NCBI GenBank assembly: GCA_964016885.1
Contig: OZ024743.1
Coordinates: 123,380,001 to 123,444,000, forward strand
DNA length: 64,000 bases
Origin: Eledone cirrhosa
Taxonomy: Eukaryota
Reading direction: 5' to 3'
The notes under the pieces were generated by a model. The model was given only the letters and a program-made list of their open reading frames with translations, searched no databases and had not been told where the DNA came from. Positions 26,038-40,018 of this stretch are shown here, piece after piece. The translations under genes were made by a program, and so were the position numbers. Position 1 is the first letter of the stretch. Each line of letters starts with the position of its first letter.

Positions 26038-27122
26038 TGTTGTTTAGCCCCAGATCACTCTTGCTTAAGTAGACCTTTGATGAAATGATTCACAGTAGTG
26101 ACCATCGCATTCGTTTTCTATGTGCAGTACCAGTGGAGTACTGGTATAATCAACTTTCCTGTTGCTCCCAACATTTTTGACCCGTGCTTAAATTAGAAAC
26201 CCGTATTAGGGAAAAAAAATGAGGCAGCAAATTGGCAGAGTGAGAACGTCGGATAGAATGCTTTGCGTTATTTATTTCGGCTCTCTGCTCTCTGAGTTTA
26301 AATCCCGCCTAGGTCAACTTTGCCTTTCATCCGTTTGAGCGCGATAAAAAGTACGTCTTGTGCTGGGGTCGATTCTTTCTCTATATCTCTTTCTCACTCC
26401 CATTTCCTCACTCTCTTTCTATTTCTCTGGAAGTAATCTGTTATATTCAAACCTGGAGAGGAGATGGGCTCCGCCAGATTTTAAAATGTTCAAGAAATGC
26501 TCTATATTAATACATCGCCCCTACGACTCCCTCATAAGTTACGAGACGATGAAATAAAATGAATTAGAAAAAGTAAACAACAAATAAATCAATATTCTAA
26601 AATAAAATTTCAAGAGTAATTTCCTTTACGCAGGATTACATCCTATTGCATGTATAACCCAGCAATTGAACTATTTATGTTCTCTACTCATACAGTTACA
26701 TCTGTAAGTGAATAGAGTTAAAGATTTTTTTAAGGCCCTGCAAGAGGTTAATATAGTTAACGACTAGTTTATTATCATTATAACCCCAATCTAGTGGACT
26801 AAGGAATGATATAGGCGCTGCAACTCATACACAATGAACAGTTTTATAAGAATAGTACTGGCTTAAATTTCGTCGTTATATATTTATTGTCTCTGTATAT
26901 GAAAATATAGAGGTCGATTAAAAAAAAATCCCTTTATTATGCTGTTTCTCTAGATTGTATCTATAGAAGGTTAATACCCACCGCCATTATTTTTGTGCAT
27001 TCTCTTTAATTGTTTTCATTATTATTATTATTGTTGTTATTTTTACTATTATTGTTGTTTTTTAAAATATTCAGATATATGTGTTTTACGATCAAGATAC
27101 GCATCTTTAAAATATGTATATT

Positions 27123-27177
<55 letters not shown>

Positions 27178-27257
27178 GTGTGTGCGTTTGTGGATGCATA
27201 CATCTATATATGTGTGTGTATGCGTGAGTGTGTTTGTGTGTGAATACACACACACAC

Positions 27258-27296
<39 letters not shown>

Positions 27297-27667
27297 CAGA
27301 GAGATAGAGAGCGGGGGGGGGGAGAAAGAAAGAAAGAGAATCTGAGAAATATAGAAAGTGAATTAATATGTTGGAGGAGATATGAGAGATGAGCCAGAAG
27401 GAGACTTGTTCATGTGCATGTCGAATGAAATAAAGAGAATGAGTTTACCGAAGGAAAACGTTTCGGTAGGAAAGTAATTTATTGTGAAAACTTAATATGT
27501 TATGGCTGTATCGGTTCCGGTAAAAATCGCTTCAAGCTAAAATATATTGACTTATTTATTTTATAAAAAACGTTCTTTCGAAATGAAAAACGCGTTAGTA
27601 TCAGATAATGTAAAACACTTCTAGCAGAAGGATTGACAAAACTGAAGACTTTGGCATACTTTCAAAC

Positions 27668-27756
<89 letters not shown>

Positions 27757-28224
27757 ATTTTTTATTATACTTATTCAAACCGGAAAGGAGATGAAGATTT
27801 AACTGATTTGAGAGGTATCTTACTGTCTATATATCAAAATTTCAATCTATCTACTATGATAAATGTGGTTATAAATATATATCTTCATTATATATGTATG
27901 TATTTATAGAGTTATGTATGTAAGTATACAGAGAGAGAGGGGGGGGTTGCTTGGAATGCACATATATATTTTATTTTATAATTAAATCTGTATATACTTA
28001 CATAAATATGATATGCGTGTGTATGTATTGAAATGATGTATTTACAACAGAAATGTTAGTTTAACAAGTCCTAAGTTACAATAAAAATAAAGTGTTGAAA
28101 TCATAGTTTTCTGAATTCAAATTATCATTTGAACGAATGATGTTTCAGTACCCAGTCATCGGAAGAAGGACTTTCTTTTCTTCAATGGTGTTCGTGCATA
28201 CCCTTGGGTTATGAGTGACAAAAT

Positions 28225-28465
28225 ACTATTGTGAGTTTAGAATAACGTTACTTGATAGGATGCGTAGCTCGGGACTCAAAGCGTCACTCCAGGTAGAGCT
28301 GCTACTTCTCCATATTGTGATATCACAGCTCCAACATTTCGGACATGTTGTTGGAATGGCTAAGGGTCGATGGACAGATTTTACGGGTCAAGCCAATTGG
28401 CAGGATACGCAGATGTAGACCACGAGCATGAAGGTGGAATAACATCAATGAGCCCAGTTAATCTT
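28225..28465 (+). mobile_element. Degraded RTE-like 3' fragment; same family at 34230-34745(+) and 57080-57355(-)
   Basis: ESWVMTERIQTAEMGFLRRVFGVTLLD...LRYYGLVVRM...RPRDRPR in ORF 34121-34612; homologous decayed sequence here. Confidence 0.65.
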
Positions 28466-29597
28466 GATTGAGAATATATTAATATACTAGAAAGAGGAGT
28501 TTGAAATTCAATTGGTTTTTATTGTAAATAATCAATGGATTGATGAATTCAAGTAAAAGTGGTTAAAAGAATTATGCGGATTGTTGGTTGAAAAGAAATG
28601 ACAATGGTACTCGATTAAAAATTGTTGTGGTGGTAGATTTGGGAAATTTGAAACTAAATTTAGTTGGGTTAAAATATATAGCTATGTCTAAAGTTTTAAC
28701 GAAGTAGTTGAAGGAGATCCAAAGTAATAAGAATAAATAAGTGGTAAAAAAAAATGTTTAATGAACTATAGTGTTCGTAATTAAATTAAGATGATTATCA
28801 ATGTGATTGTGTGCATGAGCGGAATGTATATTTTTCAATGATAATTAAATTAACACTGGAAAATGAAAGATTCATACACAGGAGATATGATAATAATTAA
28901 AGAAAAATAGATAGAAATTTATGTAAATTCACTGTTATTGGAAGAGAAGTTGGAAAAACTGTCGAAAGACATTACCGAAATTATGTTTACTTGCAAATAA
29001 AAAACAAATTTGTCAAACACATTATTGGTAACAATCCACGCATTGTAAATGTGACAGGAACAGACTGAAACATTTACAATTACTGCTCGCAAAGAGGAAA
29101 CGTTTATCCTATTATCGGTGTACCCACATGACATACTACACTGGGTGGGGTAGAAAATAGAGTAAAGAGAGAGAGATTAATGGATTTTTGCAAGCTGAAG
29201 AAAATAAAAAAATATTCAGGAAGCAGTCATTAATAATTTGGATACAAAACCAAAGCAAGCGGGATTTTGAGCTATTAAAAATCGTGAAATTCGTCGAATC
29301 AGGGAGGAAATATTGAATTGGATCGTAAAAGGTGTGCCAGAATGCTCTAAAACAAGTGTCAAATTAATATCATCAGAATCTACCGACAAGATCAAGAGCC
29401 AGGAAAAGGGGACTGGTACTAAAGCAGAAAGTGGGAAACGTTCCTAAAAAAATATTTATTATAAAGATATGGCTGTGTTGTTCACTCCCAGGTGTGGCAA
29501 TATGGGTGAATGTCTTCTACTATAGCCCCGGAGTGACCAATGCTTTGTTACCGAAATTTGATTGACAGACACCGGGGAAGCCCGCCGTGTATGTGTG

Positions 29598-29625
<28 letters not shown>

Positions 29626-29631
<6 letters not shown>

Positions 29632-30005
29632 AGTTAAAACAATGAAATAAAAAAATCAAGTCATTAGAGATATACTTCACTGCTTTACGATCATTTCTAG
29701 ATGGTGATAATACATTGTATCTATACTCAGTTATTGATCTATGTAAGTTTACAAACTATCAGATAGAGAGAATATTTACTTACATGCATATCAACAGCTG
29801 TTTTCAAAAAAGATTAATGGATTTTTTGAAAACAGCTGTTGATATGCATGTAAGTAAATATTCTCTCTATCTGATAGTTTGTAAACTTACATAGATCAAT
29901 AACTGAGTATAGATACAATGTATTATCACCATCTAGAAACGATCGTAAAGCAGTGAAGTATATCTCTAATGACTTGATTTTTTATTTCATTGTTTTAACT
30001 TATAT
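29626..30005. repeat. Near-perfect palindrome with ~183-bp arms and an ~11-nt loop
   Basis: Arms are reverse complements with about 1-2 differences; centre near 29815. Confidence 0.95.
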
Positions 30006-30361
30006 CATGACTCTGTTTTCCTTTTAATATTTTATTAACATTTTCAACATATGGATTACATTGAGTTCTTCATACAGAATAGACCCCACAACTTACAGTG
30101 GATACCTCTGTGTATATATATATATGTGTATATACACAGTGAGAGAGACACAGCGATTGGGGGTTACCAATTTAAACTAGCAAGTCCTAATGTGAGGAAA
30201 CGGGATTATAGCGAATATTTCCTATAACCCCGCTACTTTTGAAAATACATGTATATATGTGTGTATCTAAGTATGTGTGAATATATGTGCGTGTGTATAT
30301 ATATGTGTGTATATATGTGTGTGTGTATATATATATATATATATGTATGTATGTGTTGCCT

Positions 30362-30915
30362 TGCCTATTTTAATGCGGCCTCCAAAGCCCACAGTGGTGC
30401 CTGGCTCTATATCTTGCCCTCCTTCTCCACTGGCACGCAGCTGGATAACAATAGCCTGCGCATCGGCGTTTCCTTGAGGCTGGGCCTCCGGAACTGCGAG
30501 CCACGCAAATATCGCTGTGGATCCACCGTGGATTCTTTCGGCCTCCACCCGCTTTCCTGTCTCCACAGTGTCGGCCGTCTTCCACGCCATGCTGCCCTCA
30601 ATGAGCTCATAAAGCATTGCTTGGACACTGCAGGCTTTCCTTTCCTTCCCAGCTCTAGTCGGTGGGGCTGAACCAAGGGGACGGAAAAAGGCCAAATGGT
30701 ATGACTATCTTCCCGTTCCGCGGGACACTTTCTCCAGCCGCAACCTGGTGCAGTCTGCGAGTAACCCAGGTTCTGCTGCACGTCGGGCTGAGGAGGCCAA
30801 ACACTCCAAGTACCGGTCGCTCTCCGACAGGTTTGGGGTCGTACCCTTGGCAGTGGAGACTTCTGGTGTCCTCGGCCCTATGTCTACCTCCCTACTCACC
30901 ACCATAGGCGCTGAG
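30362..30915 (+). mobile_element. CRE-clade RLE retrotransposon 3' fragment
   Basis: SGAWLYILP...LRLGL...CG..VDSFGLHPLSC...GRLPRH, GKRPNG, AEEAKHSKY, VPLAVETSGVLG. Confidence 0.8.
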
Positions 30916-31240
30916 CTGGCGAGTTGGAATGGCTTTTCCACGCGTTTCCCTTGCCGTCCTCCGGGGAAACGCCTTCTCCATTCTGTCCGCCGGGTCTGTG
31001 AGGAGGCCACCAATATGATTGACTTGTCATTTTATCAGTCAACTGTTGCTGTCGTTAACAATGCATTTATCTTGTAGCATATTTCTTCTTCTTCTTCTTC
31101 TTCTTCTTCTTCTTCTTCTTCTTCTTCTTCTTCTTCTTCTTCTTCTTCTTCTTCTTCTATTGCTCCCTGCTGGCCCCTTAACCTTGTTCTGGTGACGCAG
31201 CTTGATGGAGCATGCAACTATTGATATACTCTTGTTTATA

Positions 31241-31292
31241 GGCTCTGATGATTCCTGCCTTAGGGTACGGATGAAACACTGTTCTGTTAGCT
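31241..31292 (+). ncRNA. Type I hammerhead ribozyme candidate followed by AATAAA
   Basis: ggct-CTGATGA-ttcc...ggat-GAAAca..tGTT-agct-aataaa. Confidence 0.6.
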
Positions 31293-31337
31293 AATAAAAC
31301 AATGTATCTCTAAGCACTTTTTGGTTATTCCTAAACC

Positions 31338-31424
<87 letters not shown>

Positions 31425-31766
31425 TTTTTATTTTCTATTTGTGTATTTTAATTCATTAACCCCTTTACACTTCATCACCCTGCATGCTTGTATTACTCCT
31501 TAATGCTTACTTCAAACAATGTGCCAACAGACGTCAGGCAGACGGGTCGACACGGATGGATACGTACGAAAACCTGACCGAGATGGCGATAATAGCCGTC
31601 AAATTATTGGAAACCCCCAGCTGTGAGCTGACCGAAAACAAATCAACAAGTGAATACGGTGAGAGACCTCTATGACAGAATTTGTGGTAACATATAAGTA
31701 GGGAATCGGGTTAATATTCAACCACACTCAGAGAGTGAGTCTACACAAACACACACACACACACCA

Positions 31767-31852
<86 letters not shown>

Positions 31853-31950
31853 ATACTTGGGGAGGGTCATATTTGCGTAATATTGCCAGAATTCATAACA
31901 GAACACACTCACTGTTTGGTTGGTTTTCGCTTTTCGCTTCTGTGTCTTTT

Positions 31951-32311
31951 ATATCGGTTAATTTAATTTATTCGGTCCTCAATGTTGCCATTGACTGACC
32001 AACGGTCAAAAATACAGATACAATATAGACACAAACACATATATATAGTCTATCAAAGTTCTTTCGTTGCACATCTGCAACATCGTCAGTGGTACTATTG
32101 TTTCCTCCCGTTGCATTGTATTTTCTACGCCATCTTTTCAATAGCACCACTGACGATGTTGCAGATGTGCAACGAAAGATGTTGCAGATGTGCAACGAAA
32201 GAACTTTGATAGACTATATATATGTGTTTGTGTCTATATTGTATCTGTATTTTTGACCGTTGGTTAGTCAATGGCAACATTGAGGACCGAATAAATTAAA
32301 TTAACCGATAT
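31951..32311. repeat. Inverted repeat with ~150-bp arms, each carrying a hammerhead core
   Basis: CTGACGA-tgttgcagatgtgcaac-GAAAgaactt on minus at 32053-32092 and on plus from 32148 (with a 23-nt duplication). Confidence 0.9.
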
Positions 32312-32473
32312 ATATATATATTGTTATGCTGTGGGAGGGTCATGTTGCCAATAAGAAACACACGCACCAGTTGCTTTCACTTCAATTTATTATAAATTAA
32401 ATTTATAAATTTAGGAATTTATAAATTTCCGGTTGGTTGGTTGGTTCCACAACCAGACGATTGTTCATATATT

Positions 32474-32516
32474 GTCAAAGTTCTTTCGTCACACATTATG
32501 TGACCTCTTCAGTGAC
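32474..32516 (-). ncRNA. Minimal type I hammerhead ribozyme candidate
   Basis: gtca-CTGAAGA-ggtcaca taatg tgtgac-GAAAg aa CTT-tgac. Confidence 0.7.
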
Positions 32517-32579
32517 TGGGGATTCTATTCTTTGTTTTTGTGCCTCTCCTTTGTTCTGTCATACGCCATCTTTTTTTTG

Positions 32580-32743
32580 ACACACAAGGCCAGCAATTAC
32601 CCAGTGCATTACTGGTACTTTATTTTATCGACCCCGTAATGATGAAAGGCAAAGTTAACCTCGGCGGGATTTGAACTCAGACCATAAAAGGCCGTAACTC
32701 TTTGCTGCATAGCATGGCGTCCGACCCTCTACCGTTACTGCCA
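32580..32743 (-). mobile_element. SINE short form
   Basis: Same head, core and tail as other copies. Confidence 0.85.
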
Positions 32744-32745
32744 CA

Positions 32746-32916
32746 GGGTCTGTGGTTTTTCTCACATCTGGTTGGTCTTTGAATGTTACTTGTTTTATAT
32801 GGAAAAAAGTGGCTGTAAACGCCAGGTTTTTAGAGAAGTAATTTGATTGGTTGGTCAATAATTATAAAACAAATAACATTCAAAGACCAACCAGATGTGA
32901 GAAAAACCACAGACCC
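32746..32916. repeat. Inverted repeat with ~55-bp arms and a ~60-bp spacer
   Basis: gggtctgtggtttttctcacatctggttggtctttgaatgtta is mirrored. Confidence 0.9.
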
Positions 32917-32931
32917 TCCATCTCAACTCTA

Positions 32932-32967
32932 CTTTTGAAAAGCAGAAAAACTGCGAAACCGGTAAAG
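32932..32967 (+). ncRNA. Minimal hammerhead candidate with U3-A8 core
   Basis: ctt-TTGAAAA-gcag aaaaa ctgc-GAAAc cg GTA-aag. Confidence 0.6.
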
Positions 32968-33098
32968 GAACCAAATAAATATATATATATTTTTTAAATA
33001 AGACTCCAGTTGCATTTTCGATTTCATCTTTTTTTCTTTATACTTTCACTCGTGTAGGACACCTCGGTTATTTTTCATTTTGTAAAAAAAAACCTCAC

Positions 33099-33194
<96 letters not shown>

Positions 33195-33205
33195 GTGTGT
33201 GTGTA

Positions 33206-33269
<64 letters not shown>

Positions 33270-34229
33270 ACTAGATAGTGAAATAGAACTTCCACTGTTT
33301 ATAGATAAAGCTAATTTTCAAAACAACGCTAAGCTCTATAACTCTCTCTCTATATATATAGTAATAATAATAAATATGAAGACTAAAATCCAAAGAGGGC
33401 TCGATAAGGATAAATATATATCAAATATATAAGAACCATAGAGCAAATATTTATTAAAATAACAGATTAAAGTTTAAGCAAAGAATCGCTGCTTTCACCC
33501 TTAACGGGATCTACTGAAAGTTAAAAAAATCAATCTGTGACAGCAGAAGTAAATATTTCGAAAAACGTTGCAGCCGAAGGAAAACAGGAAGACGATACTT
33601 TGGTTCGTGAAGTCGTTCCCTGGCAATGAACGGAAAAAAGCGGAGATAATACGTCGTTATGTGGAGCGATAAGAACAAATACACGCAAAGACAAAACCAC
33701 GTTTATGGTATAAATGGAGTCATAGACTAATATTCTATTTAGGAAACCGAATGATTCTCGGCTTCGGAGTTAAGATTAATGTAAATAAATTAGTAGAACG
33801 AAAACGACAGAGTTTATTAAAATCATAAAAGTAATAATAAATATATGCATACACACATCTATAAACACACACCATGCATGCATATACATGCACGTACACA
33901 TAAACACACGTACACGTGCGTAAACCCACGCGACACATGTACCTGCACACATACGAACGTATACATCAAATACACATATAAAAATATATGTGTGTGTATA
34001 CGTACAATTATATAAACGTATATAAATATACACCCATACATACGTATATAACGCGCATACACACATACTTACAGGTAAATACACATATGTTCACCAAACG
34101 TACATGTTCACCAAAACTCAATGTACACATATACACACCTTACATACGTGCAAACACGCACACACAAAAATACGAAAATCACATATAGAAGCAGCTGGAG
34201 AAGTTCGAGTATCATGAGTGATGGAATGC

Positions 34230-34745
34230 AGGAGGCTGAATTAAGTGCAAACCAGCTTCAGTATTTAATAATCAGAAGAAGGGAGGTAGGTGTAAAAGCC
34301 AAACTCGGTGTCTTCCTGGTATTTCTGCCAACCCTTACTGAGGGTCATGAATCTTGGGTAATGACCGAAAGAATACAAACAGCAGAAATGGGGTTTCTCA
34401 GAAGGGTATTTGGAGTAACGTTACTCGATAAAGGGCATGACTCAGAGGTCAGAAAGTCACTCATGTTTGAGCCGCTACATCTCCGGATGGAGAGATTACA
34501 GCTCCGATACTATGGGCTTGTAGTTAGAATGTCTCAGGAAAGAATCGCTGGACAGATTTTACCGGCAAAACCATCCAGCAAAAGACCCAGAGATAGACCC
34601 CGAGCAAGATAGTTAGATAACTGGTCACGCTTTGGGATCCAGCTGGATCAGTTAGAGATGTTTACTTCTAACAGACTAACTGGAAAGAGTGTTTGAGGAG
34701 GACTCTGCACCCACGACCTTCTCAGAAATGAGTGGGCGAAGAAGA
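34230..34745 (+). mobile_element. RTE-clade LINE 3' fragment
   Basis: RTE C-terminal motifs in ORF 34121-34612; ends in gaagaaga. Confidence 0.75.
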
Positions 34746-36469
34746 TATTGTCAATTTACTTTTCTATTTACATATCATATATATAAGCATATATATTTGC
34801 GTATAAAAGCAATACGCACACTACAAATGCTAGCAGAAAAACCGCCTGAAGGGCGGTTTTTCTGCTAGTTTACTGTAAATATGGGTTCTTTACGTGAAGA
34901 GACTTTTGAATGGATATGTAGACAAAGTTATTATAGTTTGAGATATAGTAAAACAAGATAGGACAAAATAGAACGTTAGGTAATGTGTTAGATAAATGGA
35001 GAAATAAATGAAGAGATGGATATATAAAATATATAAAGAAGATATACGATAAAGTGAAATAACTTGAGATGGGGTTAAATGGGGAAGATGTGGAAAATAT
35101 ATGATTAAAATACAAGAATAAAAGGGCACCAAATGTGAGAAAAAAATTAAATAGAGTTAAATGAGTTAAAAAGAGATTGAATAAATTAGATTTTATTTTT
35201 TTTTCATTTCATCTACTTTAACCTGTTTCCTCCGATCATTTCACCTTTTATTCATTTTGTTCGGAGTTGATCTGCTTTTATCTGTTTCACCTATAACTGA
35301 GGCAGGTTTGTCGGTATGGGTTCATACTTTCCCCCTCTGCTGACTTTGTACATCTCACTTAAATTCTGAAAATTTTATAACCAACCAATCACGAGAGATG
35401 CACTATGTTTATAGCCATGATTCTTAGCTCTAAAATGCTTCTGTTCACCAAGAAATAAATAGATATCACAATGGAAAAAAAAAAGGTTAATCGTCTTATG
35501 CCGCAGTAGTAAAAGACTTTACACATGTTTTGTTAGGTTGCAATATTAAATTCATCTCAACTTATTGGTATACATTTTTCAGAACGGATACTGCCAAACT
35601 GACTTGTCCTAAATACACAGAGACGAAGTATTTTAAGAGATTCACGATGCGGACCAAAAAAAAAATCAATGGTTTGTACCGTGTCAGCTGCTCTGTATAA
35701 TTTCAGGATCAAGAAAGTTGCTTATAGCTCACCTAATGCACATTACTGGAAATAGATAGCATAAGAAGATACATCTGAGCAATACGTCAATACGTAACTA
35801 AAATCAATGTCTATTGACAAGTAACTCACTAAATTCAGTAGAGTTTTATCCAAATCTAACATGGTTAATTACACCTCAGAATAATTAAGCTAATTACCCA
35901 TTGAGTGTTTAATCTAATTAAGGCAATCGAAGCAATTTATTGTATAAGTTAAGCAATTAATTCTATTTACAACACTTGCATCATGAGATGAATATATATT
36001 CGTTGAAGGAATATATTTGTATTATCTTGTCTTGCCAATCTACGATCTCCATAGAATAGAAGAAAAACTTCTGTTGAGTTGTATTTTCGATTTTTAATAT
36101 ATGGAGCTATTCCCTAACCTATGTAGCCTTTCCACAATTCTTAGGAATTTAATATTCTAGGGAAATGTATTATTGTCACAACTTCTCTATCTTAAACCTT
36201 GACGTAAATAGTTCTTAATTCTCATTTATGAATATATGTGCTTATGAATCAAATTTAGTAAATCTTTCGATGTATTGCACTTGCGTGAATAAATCAAATA
36301 ATGTATGATTGATTCGTATCAAAAGAATGGCCATTTAGAAAGTTAATGCATAGTAATTGTATTGCCTAACTGCTAGTTTAGGCTGATATGAGTTCTCATA
36401 AGGTAACACATAAGCGCGTCAGCGTGTGTGTTTGTGTGCGTGTGTGTGTGTGTGCGCGCGCGCGTGCGT

Positions 36470-36544
<75 letters not shown>

Positions 36545-37602
36545 TGCATGTATGTGTGCTCGTGTGTTTAACAACTGATATAGAAAGATGCAAGTGAAAG
36601 TAAGAATGATGAGTGGGAGAAACAGGAAGGAAGAGAAGAGTTTACAGATTATAATGATTATATAGTGACAAATGCCGAGTGAAAGTAAGAGAGTAATATT
36701 GAAGACAACAAGTCATTGACTTAGTTTCGGTAATATTACATATATCTATTTTTCATCACATGTCGGCATTATTTGAGGCCATTTAATTCTAGCTAGATGT
36801 GCTCGGCAAGCTTCTATTTGGTTACAAGATCGATAGCTTTTGTTTCCATGTCAATTTGACACAGCTATAATGAATTCAATATGGTCCAGATAAAAAGATT
36901 CGCTTTCAATAATGAGATTGTTAAAACTCTCCAATCTTCCACTGAAGAAAAACGAATTGTTTGTCAAGTTGATTCATAATTTGTATCTAAGACAAACGAG
37001 TTTAACACTTCTAGCAAAATATCAGCTCATTTATGCAAAAAATAAAGATTTGTAACATAAGCAGTGAATTAAACGTTCCCACCTTTACAAAGAGGTAAGT
37101 AAAACATTTTCAACTGAGAATCGAAAGAGTTGCAACATCAAACACGGAAAATATTAACTTTATGTTAATGGCATTCAATTTTCTCACCCTATATGTATTA
37201 AGAGTACGCTCTGAACATCTCTCAACGAGATCTTAACTCATAACAAAGTCATTTTATTTTGTTTATCATAAAATGTAATAGCTTATTCCACAGGCATAAC
37301 ACTTAAAAACCGTTAAAGAGATGAAATCGAATTTTGCTAGTTTTCTCTTTTTATAGGACAGTACTGGCTTGAGAACGATGCAATTATTCTAGCAATTGTA
37401 ACTAACCCGCATAAAAAATCAACATATTCGTCCACATTAATTATCTATAAAGAAGGGTTGTTTCTTTAATAAAAATAACCATTTCGTAACAACAACGAAA
37501 CAGTTAGAGAGCATTTCTAGATTTAAACGATTTACTATTTTCTTGTTTTGAAATGATCGTATCACTATCTAGTAGTAAAACATTATTACACTAATAAATA
37601 AA

Positions 37603-37791
37603 GGGCGGTGGATTGGCAGTATCGGTAGAGGGTCGGACGCCATGCTTTGACGTATTGGGTTACGGCCCTTGCCATTCTGAGTTCAAATCCCGCCGAGGTT
37701 AACTTTGCCTTTCATCCTTACGGGGTCGATAAAATAAAGTACCAGTAATACACTGGGTAATTGCTGGCCTTGTGCCAAAAAAGTAGAAACA
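37603..37791 (+). mobile_element. SINE short form with 18-bp TSD
   Basis: attattacactaataaat at 37582-37599 and 37792-37809. Confidence 0.9.
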
Positions 37792-38084
37792 ATTATTACA
37801 CTAATAAATGATGTCATTATAGGCACTCATGTGTCATTCGGTGCCCCTTTGAAATATTTATGAAACAGGAGTTAATTGATCAGCCTTTTATTGACAACAT
37901 ATTGTAATGTTGTGTTCATTTGTTTAACTTTCCTTCAAAAATATAGTAGAGAGGATTATAAACGTGGGGAGAGAGGAATGCATAGATATATAAAGTGGTT
38001 AAGGAAAGTAAGGGAGATAATATGGAATTTAGAAAAGTAGTCTTTTAAAACTTCTATGGAGAACAAATTCACTCAGTTTGATAT

Positions 38085-39170
38085 TTTTGATCTTTTTCCC
38101 TTGATATCTAATGCCCTTTTAGAGCTCTACAATTCGCTAGCAGATACCCAGACATATATATGGACTTTCAAACTATATCCCACACTAGAAAACCCTTTTT
38201 AACAAATGAGCAGTTTGTGAGAATGTCAGATACCACGGATTTATTTGATGTATACATTGAACCATTAGACATCACAGATGTCTTCGATTTACTGGGGGTT
38301 ATACATTCGAGACACTCTAAAAAGTAAATTCCAAGACACGGGTCTGTATCGAAACAATGGCCTGGCTTAACGAGCCATAAAAGCAGCCATAACTTCATAG
38401 CCACCTTTAACGCCCAACCTCATTAGCATCAACCTTCTAGATTTTACTTTCAACCTAAACATACATACATATGAACATCACCACAAAGTCAATGAACAGC
38501 TCAACACAGGAATTGGGGCCACCCACCCAGAATTTCCAAACATAACAGCATATGCAAAAGCGTATGTAACCTATCCTTTGATAAGGACATCTTCGATAGA
38601 GCAGTTCCATACTACAGTAACAGCCTAGCCCACAGTGACTTTAAAGATAACAATTTCTACTGCTCTGACCAATACCCAAGAACTTTAAATACGAGGAATA
38701 CAACTACTCTAATTCTCTTTAAATGTTAGGACCAACGCAAGAAATAAATTTCTAGCTCTAATAGACAATTATTTCCCCTCAGAACACAAATACTGTAAGA
38801 TCTTTAAAAGACATGCAAAATTGGATATTCCTGTACCAGAAATGTAAAACCTTACATCAACAAAATCTCCTGAGCTCCCTCATACCAGGCTGCTTACGCA
38901 GAAAGTCAGAGGCGTGCCCCATGGACTAGCGTTGCAATATCGCCACCATGATATACGTGGCTAACGTTACGCATGTGCAGCCAAACCAACCGCAATATGT
39001 CAGAACAGAACATGCCTGGGAATATATGAAGGTCGATTATTAAACCGCCTCTTAAACCACGAGATGACTTTCAGATACCAGGAGAAAAGAGCAAACACGA
39101 AATCTACAAGCTACATATGAACACTTAAAGACAGTAGCACTAATTTATTAATGAAATTGAAGATCGTTTT
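38085..39170 (+). mobile_element. Heavily decayed Naiad-type PLE (RT to GIY-YIG)
   Basis: Hand translation gives FLDFTFNL, KFLALIDNYFPSEHKYCKIF and IGYSCT, matching the element at 21700-23806. Confidence 0.6.
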
Positions 39171-39687
39171 ATCTATTTTATTTATTTAATTATTTTACTC
39201 CATCCACTGTTAGCACTGACTTAACTAATATAATACTCAGTCAGCTTGCAAGTTCTGCAAAACCCCATTATATATAAGTGTGGCAGTCACGGGTTGGGTG
39301 GCCAATTTCATGAATATATCCTGAATGTCTATAACACCAACTGAATCCCCGAATCAGTACTCTGTCGTTTTTATTCGCCAAGGCATAAAACTAACCAACA
39401 CTCTATATGTTACATCCGCAAATACAAGGTAAAGTGTCCCATCCACAAACTAGAAACCTCCGCTCTATAAGATAGATTAGCTTGTGTAGATGTCATGAGT
39501 GTGTATATCAGCATGTAACTAGTAGTTTGTATACTCCTAAATACTTGCATATGTCTCTATACACATCTATGTGGTTTTTGTAACCCTGTAATTGAGGGGA
39601 TTCGTGAATGCATAAACGACTGGCCAAATTTCGACAATAGTAAATTTAGGATATATCTCGACACCATATAGCTCGATACTCTAGCTG

Positions 39688-39875
39688 CGGTCGATTGGCA
39701 GTGTCGGTAGAAGGTCGGACGCCATGCTTTGACGCATAGAGTTACGGCCCTTACCATTTTGTGTTCAAATGCCGCCGAGGTTAACTTTGCCTTTCATCCT
39801 TACGGGGTCGATAAAATAAAGTACCAGTAATGCACTGGGTAATTGCTGGCCTTGTGCCAAAAGTAGAAACAATCA
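39688..39875 (+). mobile_element. SINE short form with 13-bp TSD
   Basis: atactctagctgc on both flanks. Confidence 0.88.
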
Positions 39876-40018
39876 TACTCTAGCTGCATCTTTGCCTTGC
39901 TTGATACACCAGCTATTTCTTCGTCCTCTTTCTTCTTCCTAGCGCACCCCTCCTTTGTTAGTCTAACACCTGACTTTGTGTCTCAAACTTTTTCTCCTAC
40001 ATTTTTCTTTCACACTTT

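Noticed and set aside
33530-33575. Hammerhead in the 6150/33470 repeat family
   Set aside because: The core is degenerate (ctgtga) and stem II does not pair in either copy.
37603-37695. tRNA gene
   Set aside because: A and B boxes only, no cloverleaf; it is the head of a multi-copy SINE with a TSD.
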